Source of the DNA: a virus | Lineage: Duplodnaviria > Caudoviricetes | Virus record (IMG/VR): IMGVR_UViG_3300042940_000907 | Location: 1-36,860 of that record | Reading direction: 5' to 3' (one strand) | DNA: 36,860 bases | Shown: positions 10,158-19,411 of the stretch, piece after piece | Numbering within the stretch: the first letter of the stretch is position 1 | Layout of the letters: every line of letters starts with the position of its first letter | Made by a program: the position numbers and the translations under genes | The notes under the pieces: generated by a model | What the model was told of the DNA's origin: nothing | Database searches by the model: none | What the model saw: only the letters and a program-made list of their open reading frames with translations

Positions 10158-10196
10158 GATAGCCAATATTTATACCAGACAAACCGCGTATAAATA

Positions 10197-13100
10197 ATGA
10201 TAATAGATAGCCCGATTATAAGTGGCTCGTACCTCTCTACGGGATCGCTAAGTCAAACAGGAAACGTTTCAATAACAGGTAGCTTAACCGCAACAGCAGG
10301 CATAACAGGTAGTTTTTCGGGCTCCGGCGCCGATTTATTTGGAATTCCTGCCACTGGAATTACTGGCTTGAATCTTTCTCAAATCAGTTCTGGCTCCGTA
10401 TCTGCTTCCATCTCTCCTAATCAGGGGTTACTAATCAACACTTCGGTTTCTGCAAGCAATTTTAGTGGCTCTTTTTCTGGTTCTGGCGCCGATTTATTTG
10501 GAATTCCTGCAACCGCAATTACTGGTTTAAACCTATCTCAAATCTCAAGCGGTTCTGTTTCTGCTTCGATCTCTCCCAACCAAGGCTTACTAATCAATAC
10601 TTCGGTTTCTGCTAGCAATTTTACTGGGTCATTTACTGGCTCTTTGACAGGTATCGCAACATCTGCTAGTTATGCCTCTTTCGCTCTTACCTCTTCTTAT
10701 AGTTTGGGTGGATCTGGATTTCCTTTTTCTGGCTCCGCTGTAATTACTGGAAGCTTAATCGTCTCTGGCTCTGGGCTTACAATTACGGGAAGCGTAGCAA
10801 TATCCTCTTTAACTACGGGATCGGGAGTAAGATACGTGATAGCAGATGCAGACGGTCTCTTATCAGCACAGACAGCCTCTGCCGCTATCTTTACCACTCA
10901 GCAAGTAGTATCTACGGCAAATCAAACGACCTTCCCAATCACAAACGGGTACTCGACCGGATACGTTACTGTTTTCGTTAACGGTACCAAATTATCCGCT
11001 GACGAGTACGTAGACACTTCTGGCACCAATATTATCTTTTTGACTGGTTCTACTGCTGGGGACGTGGTTGAGTTTCAAAAGTATTTGCCTGCAGCGGGAG
11101 TTTCAAACAACACACTAAGAACTGTAAACTATTTCACTGCAACTCTAGGTCAGACCGACTTTACTGTCAACTACACTCCAGGTTTACTAGACGTATTTTA
11201 CAACGGAGCTAAGCTGGACAACACAGAGTACACGGCAGCAAACGGTACAAGCATCACCCTAGCTACTGGTTCTAACGCAGGCGACCGATTGGAAGTCGAC
11301 GTATATAGTTATCAGGTTGGAGCTTTCAGCGGAATTGGAGGCACGGGAGCAGCAAATCAGTTGGCCTACTTCAACACATCAAACTCAATCACTGGAAGCA
11401 ACGCATTTACCGTAAGCGGATCGGCAATCATTATAACTGGTAGTTTAATAGTTTCCGGCTCTGGCACCTTAATCAATATAGGACCAACTGTATTTAGCGG
11501 ATCGGTTACTTCTACTGCAGGATTTAGTGGATCGTTTAGTGGTAACGCGGACTCTGCAAGTTTGGCACAAAACTCTTTACTTTTACAGGGAACCGGTTCT
11601 ATAGGATTTGCAACCACTGCTTCTTTGCTGGCAGTCAGTTCTAGTCAACAACAGATTAGCTCGAGCCTTTTAACTCTTACCGCTTCTTTCACGGCTCTGA
11701 GTTCTAGTTATACGGCTTTGAGTGGAAGTTACAATACGTTTTCTGGTAGTGAATCTACAAGAATTACAAAAATAGAAAACAATTATGCTACGACAGGTTC
11801 GAATAGTTTCAGAGCCGATCAATCTATCACTGGTAGTTTGGTTGTCTCTTCTACAATCACAGCACAGACATTAGTAGTACAGACTGTTACCTCTTCTATT
11901 TTATACTCAAGCGGTTCTAACGTTTTTGGAAATCAATTAGCTAATACGCAGACTTTTACTGGAAGTGTGAATATTACTGGTAGTTTAACTGTGAATACTA
12001 CAGGAACAGAATTTCAAGTAACTAATCGTGGAGTAGTTATAGGAAATCTTTTAACAGACACACATAGCATTACAGGAAGCTTGAATATTACCGGTTCAAC
12101 TACAGTTTTTGCTGGAAGTATTGGAATAAACGGTTCTCCGGGTAACTCATTTCCCATAGAGTCATATATTAATAGTTCTACTACTTATACATCGACATCT
12201 AGAGGTAATGTTTTAAGAGTTTATAATTCTAATACAACAGCAAACATATATGCAGGTATTGAATTAGGAGGAGCGGGGGCGTCAAACGATGGATTAGCGG
12301 GAATTAATGGAATAGTTACAGGCGCAGGAAGTGGAGATCTCGCTTTTTATACTAGAAATAGCAATACTTTTGGAGAAAAAATGCGTATTACAAGTGCGGG
12401 CGTAACTGCGATTGCTGCTTCAAGTAATACCAGTGATTTAGGTAGTACAGGTTTAGTTATCGGAGGATCATCAACATTAACATCAGGAAACGTTTTAATG
12501 TTAAATTTTACGCCTATCGGTCATACATCAAATCGTGCAAGAGCAGGTATTGGCTGTTTAGTAGGTGCGGATTGGGGTAAAGGTAATTTAACTTTCTATA
12601 CTCAAGATGCAAGTAGTGGAGCAGCAATGACTACAGGAAACGAAAGAATGAGGATAACAAGCGATGGCAATGTAGGTATAGGAACAAGTAACCCTGATGC
12701 AAAATTAAGTATATTAGGTGCAAGCAATACTCCAACAAGTTATGGAAGTTTATTAGTTAAAAATTCATCTGAAGGAGGAATATCTTTTGGTGCATCAGGT
12801 ACTTCTTACGCTTGGATACAAGGTAATATTTATGGAGGTTCGTATAACTTTAATCTTGCTTTAAATGCACAAGGAGGAAATGTAGGAATCGGAACGACAA
12901 ATCCTAGCTATTTACTGCATATACCTCAAGGCAATAATTTATTTCTAAGTAACCTATATATAACAGGAACAGCAAGTAACCCGATATTAAGTTCAGGAGC
13001 TACAGGAGGCAGTATGTATCTACAAGGTGGAGGTACCGGTGAAGGAAAAATATATTTACAAGGAGCTGCAAGTGGAGGAAATGGGTATATAGAATTTTAT

Positions 13101-13496
13101 ACCAATAATTCATTAAGAATGACAATAGCTTCTAATGGAAATATTGGAGCACCAAGCGGTACAAATATATATAACGCTTCTGATGCTAGATTAAAACAAA
13201 ACATTACAACAATAACAAATGGTCTAGACAAAGTCATGGGACTAAACCCAGTAAAATTTAATTGGATTAATAATTTTGTTGAAAGCGAAGAAGGTAAAGA
13301 TATGCTTGGTTTCGTTGCTCAAGAAGTACAAACAATAATTCCTGAAGCAGTAGAAAATTTTTCTGGTAATTCTATAACAATAGGAGAAACAACTATAGAA
13401 AATCCACTAAGAGTAAACGAGAAATTTATCATTCCAGTATTAGTAAAAGCAATCCAAGAATTACAAGAGAAGTTACAAAGAAACAACATAAACTAA
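10197..13496 (+). CDS. Long tail fibre-like protein with C-terminal peptidase S74 chaperone (member 5)
   Basis: 53-aa tandem duplication, two (A/S)T..QT.F...V(F)xNG.KL...EY....GT.I domains, shared module at 11784-11966, and ASDARLKQNI...GFVAQEV...LVKAIQEL. Confidence 0.8.
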   Translation: MIIDSPIISGSYLSTGSLSQTGNVSITGSLTATAGITGSFSGSGADLFGIPATGITGLNLSQISSGSVSASISPNQGLLINTSVSASNFSGSFSGSGADLFGIPATAITGLNLSQISSGSVSASISPNQGLLINTSVSASNFTGSFTGSLTGIATSASYASFALTSSYSLGGSGFPFSGSAVITGSLIVSGSGLTITGSVAISSLTTGSGVRYVIADADGLLSAQTASAAIFTTQQVVSTANQTTFPITNGYSTGYVTVFVNGTKLSADEYVDTSGTNIIFLTGSTAGDVVEFQKYLPAAGVSNNTLRTVNYFTATLGQTDFTVNYTPGLLDVFYNGAKLDNTEYTAANGTSITLATGSNAGDRLEVDVYSYQVGAFSGIGGTGAANQLAYFNTSNSITGSNAFTVSGSAIIITGSLIVSGSGTLINIGPTVFSGSVTSTAGFSGSFSGNADSASLAQNSLLLQGTGSIGFATTASLLAVSSSQQQISSSLLTLTASFTALSSSYTALSGSYNTFSGSESTRITKIENNYATTGSNSFRADQSITGSLVVSSTITAQTLVVQTVTSSILYSSGSNVFGNQLANTQTFTGSVNITGSLTVNTTGTEFQVTNRGVVIGNLLTDTHSITGSLNITGSTTVFAGSIGINGSPGNSFPIESYINSSTTYTSTSRGNVLRVYNSNTTANIYAGIELGGAGASNDGLAGINGIVTGAGSGDLAFYTRNSNTFGEKMRITSAGVTAIAASSNTSDLGSTGLVIGGSSTLTSGNVLMLNFTPIGHTSNRARAGIGCLVGADWGKGNLTFYTQDASSGAAMTTGNERMRITSDGNVGIGTSNPDAKLSILGASNTPTSYGSLLVKNSSEGGISFGASGTSYAWIQGNIYGGSYNFNLALNAQGGNVGIGTTNPSYLLHIPQGNNLFLSNLYITGTASNPILSSGATGGSMYLQGGGTGEGKIYLQGAASGGNGYIEFYTNNSLRMTIASNGNIGAPSGTNIYNASDARLKQNITTITNGLDKVMGLNPVKFNWINNFVESEEGKDMLGFVAQEVQTIIPEAVENFSGNSITIGETTIENPLRVNEKFIIPVLVKAIQELQEKLQRNNIN
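10305..10622 (+). repeat. 159-bp (53-aa) tandem duplication inside member 5
   Basis: GGCGCCGATTTATTTGGAATTCCTGC at 10326 and 10485. The two protein copies are nearly identical. Confidence 0.9.
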
Positions 13497-13500
13497 CAAG

Positions 13501-15792
13501 ATGTCTACAACTAGAGATACCGGATTTTTAAGAAACGCAGTACAGGTGACCAATCAAGGCATAGTCTTTGTATCTGGCTCGACCCTTTTAATGTCTATCA
13601 GTTCCTCAGGAGCGGTAACGACTACTGGAGTGATCTCGGGTAGCAACGCTTTGTCCGCTTCTTTCAGTTTAGACTCTGCTCTTTTAAACGGCACTGGCTC
13701 GGTTGGATTCGCTACTACTGGTGCCATGTTGGAGGTTTCTAGTTCTCAACAACAGATCAGCGCTTCTCTATTACAGGTAAGCGCTAGCTATATCTCTTTG
13801 AGCGGCAGTTACAATACGTTTTCTGGTAGCGCTTCTACTAGGGTCACAAAAATAGAAAACAACTACGCTACGACTGGTTCAAATAGTTTTAGGGCCGATC
13901 AAAGCATTACGGGCTCCCTAGTTGTTAGTTCTACAATCACTGCTCAAACGCTAGTAGTGCAGACTGTTACTTCTAGTATTGTTTACAGCAGTGGTTCTAA
14001 CTTATTTGGAAGCGCATTGGGAGATACACAGACATTTACTGGTTCTATGTTTATTACAGGTAGTCAAACTGTTTTTGGTAATGTAGCAACAACTGGAAAT
14101 ATAACTATACAAAAAACTGCGCCTAATATCTTAATGAAGGGTGGATATGCTCAAGATTTAGGATTTTTCTTAAATAGTGAGCCAGCAGTTTATTTAGTAG
14201 ATGATGCAACCGCAACAAAAGGAATGAAAGTAAATATATCTACAGGAGCAATTACTCAATTAGGTAGTGGATCAGTATCATTTACAGGAGCATTGACAGG
14301 GACAAGCGCGGCATTTACTACAACATCAGGATTAGGAATAACAATTACTACCAATGATATAGTGACATTAAAGATGAATACATCGTCAGGTACTACTAAG
14401 AATTGGGGTTTTGCTACAACAAATTTAGCCGCAAGTGATTTTGGTATATATCAAAGTACATCAAATGGTGGAGATGCAATTACAGCAGGTTCAGCTAAAT
14501 TATATTTTAGCGCAACTGGAGCAGCTACATTTAGTTCATCTATTACTGCTACAAGTGCTACGTTTAGCGGTTCATTATCAGTAACAGGTGCATCTACATT
14601 TATTTCTCCAATTGAAGTAGCGGCAAGATTTATGACAAACGGTGATGGTACTATTATTATAGGTGGTACTGCAGCACAAGGCGCAAGTAGTGGTGAACAA
14701 TATATTACCTATCAAAACTTTACAACTAATACTAATGCTTGGATGGTAGGTATGGATGATGGCGAAGATTTTAGATGGGCTTATGGTGCACAAGGCGAAA
14801 TTACAAATGAAGGTACTTTAATGAAAATTAGCCAAGCAGGAAATGTGGGAATTGGAACGACTACTCCTTACGTTATTGCAGCAGGCGGTCCTTGTCTTGA
14901 TTTAAGAGGACCGACTTGGTCATTTATAGAACTTGGAACATCGTCTACACTTAGCGGTACTAATGATATTGGATATCTAGAATTTATGAATGGTAATAAT
15001 ACCAGATTAGCTACTATTGTTGGTTCTACTGACGGAACTGCTATAGCAGGTTTAATGCGTTTTTCAACAGCTAATTCAAGTGGTGCATTTACCGAAAGAA
15101 TGCGTATTAATAGTACAGGATCCTTATTAATAAACACTACTACTCCCGGATCTATCGGTGATGCATCTTCAGTTGTTAAATTAGTGGTTAATGGAGATCA
15201 ACACTTTTCAAGATCAGGTGCTAAGATATATTTTGGAGATGTAACCAATGCTGCTCCATTATCAATAGGCGAAGGAGATCAAAATCAAGGCGGAAGTGAT
15301 ACAGATAATATGTACATATATGCAAGAAACAAATTAGTTATTCAAGGCGGCAGTGGTTATACAATGAGAGTAGGAATAGGAATGACTAATCCCGCTTATT
15401 TCTTAGAATTGGCTTCAGATAGCGCCGCAAAACCTTCAACAAATACTTGGACAATTTCTTCTGATTCAAGAGTAAAAGAAAATATAGAATCCTATACAAA
15501 AGGTTTAAATGCTCTTATGCAAATAAATCCTATCACTTATGATTATAATGGTAAAGCTGGATTTACTAAAGGATATGGTGGAATAGGAATTATAGCTCAA
15601 GACGTTTTAAATATTCTACCAGAATCTATTTCAACATATCATAAAAAATTAGAAGATACAGATGAAAATGAAACGGAGCTATACAATTTTAATTCTCACG
15701 CACTAACTTATATTATGATAAATGCAATCCAAGAATTAAAACTAGAAAACGATTCTCTAAAAGAAATATTACAAAGAAACAACATTAACTAA
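13501..15792 (+). CDS. Tail fibre-like protein with C-terminal peptidase S74 chaperone (member 6)
   Basis: Shared module at 13864-14046 and SSDSRVKENI...GIIAQDV...INAIQEL. Confidence 0.8.
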   Translation: MSTTRDTGFLRNAVQVTNQGIVFVSGSTLLMSISSSGAVTTTGVISGSNALSASFSLDSALLNGTGSVGFATTGAMLEVSSSQQQISASLLQVSASYISLSGSYNTFSGSASTRVTKIENNYATTGSNSFRADQSITGSLVVSSTITAQTLVVQTVTSSIVYSSGSNLFGSALGDTQTFTGSMFITGSQTVFGNVATTGNITIQKTAPNILMKGGYAQDLGFFLNSEPAVYLVDDATATKGMKVNISTGAITQLGSGSVSFTGALTGTSAAFTTTSGLGITITTNDIVTLKMNTSSGTTKNWGFATTNLAASDFGIYQSTSNGGDAITAGSAKLYFSATGAATFSSSITATSATFSGSLSVTGASTFISPIEVAARFMTNGDGTIIIGGTAAQGASSGEQYITYQNFTTNTNAWMVGMDDGEDFRWAYGAQGEITNEGTLMKISQAGNVGIGTTTPYVIAAGGPCLDLRGPTWSFIELGTSSTLSGTNDIGYLEFMNGNNTRLATIVGSTDGTAIAGLMRFSTANSSGAFTERMRINSTGSLLINTTTPGSIGDASSVVKLVVNGDQHFSRSGAKIYFGDVTNAAPLSIGEGDQNQGGSDTDNMYIYARNKLVIQGGSGYTMRVGIGMTNPAYFLELASDSAAKPSTNTWTISSDSRVKENIESYTKGLNALMQINPITYDYNGKAGFTKGYGGIGIIAQDVLNILPESISTYHKKLEDTDENETELYNFNSHALTYIMINAIQELKLENDSLKEILQRNNIN

Positions 15793-17882
15793 TGAGCAAG
15801 AATCAGAAAGCGTCAGGTATAACCAATATAATAAGCTACGATAACAATGGGAACATCTCCTTTGTATCCGGGTCAACCACTCTAATGTCGGTAAGCAGTT
15901 CGGGCGCAGTGCTCCTAACGAATACCATTTCGGGCGGCGTCGCTACTTCTGCTAGTTTATCGGCCAACTCAAACCTGCTCGAAGGCACTGGCTCTGTTGG
16001 ATTCTCAACTACCGCTTCTTTGCTGGCGGTTTCTAGCTCTCAACAACAGATCAGTTCTAGCTATATCGCTCTTAGTGCCTCTTACAACACATTCTCTGGG
16101 TCTGCTTCTACAAGAGTTACGCAGATAGAGAATACCTACGCCACTACAGGTTCAAATTCGTTTAGAGCCGATCAAAGCATTACTGGTTCCCTAGTTGTTT
16201 CTTCTACAATCACAGCACAGACGTTAGTGGTACAGACTGTTACTAGTTCTATTGTTTATAGTTCTGGATCTAATCTATTTGGAAGCGCATTGGGAGATAG
16301 ACAGACATTTACTGGAAGTTTGAATGTTACAGGGTCTGGGCCTCATACTATTTTTGGAAATGTTGGAATCGGAACTACAAATCCTACTCCAAGAGATGCA
16401 GGAGCATTAGTATTAGAGTTATATGGAACTTCAAGTGGCAGGTCATCGCTTAAATTTACTAACTCTACATCGGGAACAGGCACTACTGATGGTATGTGGA
16501 TGGGATATGATGATGCTCTTAACTTTACAATGATTAATAACGAAGTTGGATATATAGCTTTAGCTACTAGCAATACTGAAAGAATGCGTATAACATCAGG
16601 GGGAAATTTACAACTAAATGGAGCATCAGGAGTTGCGGCTATTACTACTGATTCTAATGCTAACGTGATAGGATTATTTACTAGTGGTTCTGTAATAGAT
16701 GGAGCTCCAAGAATTGAAGTAACAGGTACTACTTACCCAAGCACGCCAAGCACTGCATTTATTAGAGCAAACACAGTCAGATTTACATTAAACGCTGCTA
16801 GTGCTGAAACTATGCGTATTACAAGTGCAGGTCTAGTGGGAATTGGAACTACTAATCCCACCGCAATGTTAGACGTATATCATCCAACAAACGGATATGC
16901 ATCTGTCGGATTACAAGGTTACTCAGGAGGAACCAAATGGTATTTAACATCAGGCATATCAGGTGATACAATTCAAGACTTTTCAATTAGTAATAATAAC
17001 ACTGGAACAAGTCCTAAACTTAGAATATCTTCGACAGGCGCCGCTACTTTTTCATCTACCATACAAAGTAATGATACGTACGGTTTTGCAGTAGGCTCAA
17101 TATCTGGTTATAGAAGGATTGAATATGGAACAAGTGCTGCTACATCTTTTGCATTTTTAACTAACGCAAATGGATATGCTGGTATATATGCAAATGCAGC
17201 TATTTTCTCTAGTACAGTAACAGCAAATACATCAATCACAGTTAATAATAGTGGAGCACAAGCCCCAGTTTTATCAGTTATATCAGGATATGCAGACGGA
17301 TATAGAGCAACAGTAAGATTAAATAATACGCATACTGGCGGTAAACAATGGGAGCTTTATTCAACTAATACCGCAGATGGAGTATATGGCGCAGGTAAGT
17401 TTGCAATTCAAAATGCAACAGATTCTATCACAGCAATGTCTATTACAAGTGGCGGCGTAGTTACAAAACCCAATCAAATGTTTGTTATGGGAGGTATGAG
17501 TTCTGACCAAAGTATCTCCAACTCAAATCCAACCACGCTTAATTTTGTTGCCAATGGTTCATATAGTTGGTATAATCAAAATGTTGGAAGTTGCTGGAAC
17601 AATAGTACTTATACTCTTACAGCACCCGCTACTGGAATATATGTAGTAAATGCCTCAGTGTACACAAGCGCATACGGTATAAACCAAATAGCACTTTATG
17701 TTAATGGATCTAGAAAAAATTCAATTCCAACCGGTTATGGTACTTCTATAGCAGGAGGTTCTGCAATGGTTATTTTACAAGCAGGAGATACGCTTAATTT
17801 AAGAGTATTTAATGATGTTGGAACCATTACTTTATATGGTAACGCATATCATAGCTGGTTCAATATATACTTTTTAGGCTAA
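15792..17882 (+). CDS. Tail fibre-like protein with C1q/TNF-like C-terminal domain (member 7)
   Basis: Shared module at 16137-16319. The C-terminal LTAPATGIYVVNASV...LQAGDTL...FNIYFLG resembles a C1q head. Confidence 0.68.
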   Translation: MSKNQKASGITNIISYDNNGNISFVSGSTTLMSVSSSGAVLLTNTISGGVATSASLSANSNLLEGTGSVGFSTTASLLAVSSSQQQISSSYIALSASYNTFSGSASTRVTQIENTYATTGSNSFRADQSITGSLVVSSTITAQTLVVQTVTSSIVYSSGSNLFGSALGDRQTFTGSLNVTGSGPHTIFGNVGIGTTNPTPRDAGALVLELYGTSSGRSSLKFTNSTSGTGTTDGMWMGYDDALNFTMINNEVGYIALATSNTERMRITSGGNLQLNGASGVAAITTDSNANVIGLFTSGSVIDGAPRIEVTGTTYPSTPSTAFIRANTVRFTLNAASAETMRITSAGLVGIGTTNPTAMLDVYHPTNGYASVGLQGYSGGTKWYLTSGISGDTIQDFSISNNNTGTSPKLRISSTGAATFSSTIQSNDTYGFAVGSISGYRRIEYGTSAATSFAFLTNANGYAGIYANAAIFSSTVTANTSITVNNSGAQAPVLSVISGYADGYRATVRLNNTHTGGKQWELYSTNTADGVYGAGKFAIQNATDSITAMSITSGGVVTKPNQMFVMGGMSSDQSISNSNPTTLNFVANGSYSWYNQNVGSCWNNSTYTLTAPATGIYVVNASVYTSAYGINQIALYVNGSRKNSIPTGYGTSIAGGSAMVILQAGDTLNLRVFNDVGTITLYGNAYHSWFNIYFLG

Positions 17883-17947
17883 AATAAGATAATCACTTCA
17901 AAGATTTTTTCGTAAATTAACACAAACAGTTGTACTATTAAAGTAGC

Positions 17948-19411
17948 ATGCCAATAGAATTTCAAAATAGGACAGGTCAAGGCGGATTCACTCTAACTAA
18001 AAATGGTACCGGTGGAGGACTTGACATAATACAGGTCAGCGCGTATGTACCGCCAAGTCCAAGTCCAACTCCAAGCATATCTATTACTCCAAGCGTATCT
18101 ATTACTCCTTCCATTACGCCTTCTATTACAGTAAGCGCATCAACAACACCAAGCATTTCGGTAACTCCAAGCATAAGCGTAACTCCTAGCATTTCTTCTA
18201 GCGTACCAGTGAGTCCAACAGCTACACCGTCGGTATCGGTTACCCCAACGACTACGCCTTCAGTATCAGTTACTGCTTCTGTATCAGTTACTCCTTCCGT
18301 GTCCGTTACAGCTTCTACGAGCATATCAGCTACTCCAAGTGTATCAGTAACCCCAAGTGCTTCTGTTACGCCATCTGTTAGTGTAAGTGCTCCACTAATT
18401 ACACCTACTTCTACTCCAAGCTCTTCAGTTACCCCAAGCATATCAGTAACTCCATCAATAAGCATTACTCCAAGCGTATCAGTGACTCCTAGCATCACGG
18501 TATCCGTAACACCAAGTGTATCTATATCTGCAACACCAAGCGTGTCAGTAACGCCTAGCATATCAACAAGCGCAACACCAAGTGTAAGTGTAACTCCAAG
18601 TGTTTCTATATCTGCTACACCTAGTATTTCAGTTACACCAAGCATATCAATAAGCTCAACTCCAAGTGCATCAGTCACACCGAGTATATCAATAAGCTCA
18701 ACACCAAGTGTATCAGTTACTCCAAGTGTGACAGTATCAAGAACGCCTAGTATTTCAGTAACGCCAAGCATATCGGTAACACCAAGTGTAACAAGAACTC
18801 CTAGTGCATCCGTAACTCCATCGATATCAGTAACTCCAGCTGTTACTCCTAGTGGAACGCCGGCTGTAACGCCTACTAGAACTCCAAGCATATCGGTGAC
18901 CCCAGCAAGTACTCCTGCGGTTACTCCTACGAGAACTCCAAGCATATCGGTGACCCCAGCAAGTACTCCTGCGGTTACTCCTACGAGAACTCCGAGCATA
19001 TCAGTAACTCCAGCAAGTACTCCTCCAGGAACACCGCCAGTAACACCTACGAGAACTCCGAGTCCATCAGCTACACCAGCGAGTACACCACCAAGTACTC
19101 CAGCTGTAACTCCTACTAGAACTCCAAGCGAAACTCCGCCTGCGCAAGGATTTGCTATTGACGTTTATGGTAGAGGAGCTTCGACATCTGCAGCATGCTT
19201 TGCTTCTGGAGTGCCAACTGTTTATGTGGCTCTTCAAGCATACCAAACAAGTTATAACTCCGGTGGATTTGCTTCTATATCAGGAGTGACACTTTACGAA
19301 AATATATTCTTGAGTAGTACTGTGGCCGATGCTTATGCATCTGATACTTACGCATTTAACGTACACGCAATTAATGCAGGAACGGTAGGAAATTTCATAC
19401 TTGGATGTTAA
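17948..19411 (+). CDS. Mucin-like Ser/Thr/Pro-rich repeat protein, probably virion-associated
   Basis: About 360 aa of TPS(I/V)S(V/I) repeats between a short N-terminal segment and a ~90-aa C-terminal domain. Confidence 0.7.
   Translation: MPIEFQNRTGQGGFTLTKNGTGGGLDIIQVSAYVPPSPSPTPSISITPSVSITPSITPSITVSASTTPSISVTPSISVTPSISSSVPVSPTATPSVSVTPTTTPSVSVTASVSVTPSVSVTASTSISATPSVSVTPSASVTPSVSVSAPLITPTSTPSSSVTPSISVTPSISITPSVSVTPSITVSVTPSVSISATPSVSVTPSISTSATPSVSVTPSVSISATPSISVTPSISISSTPSASVTPSISISSTPSVSVTPSVTVSRTPSISVTPSISVTPSVTRTPSASVTPSISVTPAVTPSGTPAVTPTRTPSISVTPASTPAVTPTRTPSISVTPASTPAVTPTRTPSISVTPASTPPGTPPVTPTRTPSPSATPASTPPSTPAVTPTRTPSETPPAQGFAIDVYGRGASTSAACFASGVPTVYVALQAYQTSYNSGGFASISGVTLYENIFLSSTVADAYASDTYAFNVHAINAGTVGNFILGC
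18878..19002 (+). repeat. 54-bp tandem repeat (RTPSISVTPASTPAVTPT), two exact copies plus a partial third
   Basis: Units start at 18878, 18932 and 18986. Confidence 0.9.

Larger units (their letters stand above)
4467..16319 (+). repeat. Dispersed 183-bp (61-aa) conserved module, six full copies plus one partial
   Basis: Copies at 4467-4649, 6070-6252, 7975-8157, 11784-11966, 13864-14046 and 16137-16319, with a partial copy at 2373-2480. YATTGSNSFRADQSITGSLVVSSTITAQTLVVQTVTSSI is identical in all six full copies. Confidence 0.95.

Noticed and set aside
10189-10196. Sense-strand T4 late promoter TATAAATA
   Set aside because: It directly abuts the ATG, leaving no leader, and I noticed no other intergenic copy. 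The recurring ATATTTATA at 10166 explains the site better.
2196-17882. Diversity-generating retroelement or invertase shufflon acting on the fibres
   Set aside because: No reverse transcriptase or recombinase ORF, no inverted cassettes, and repeat differences are synonymous rather than adenine-specific. Such an enzyme elsewhere in the genome cannot be excluded.
17977-18999. 340-aa minus-strand ORF (GVTD repeats)
   Set aside because: Antisense shadow of the low-complexity TPS repeat gene. All credible genes are on the + strand.
18060-19140. CRISPR-like array
   Set aside because: The repeats are in-frame coding units with wobble variation and no unique spacers.
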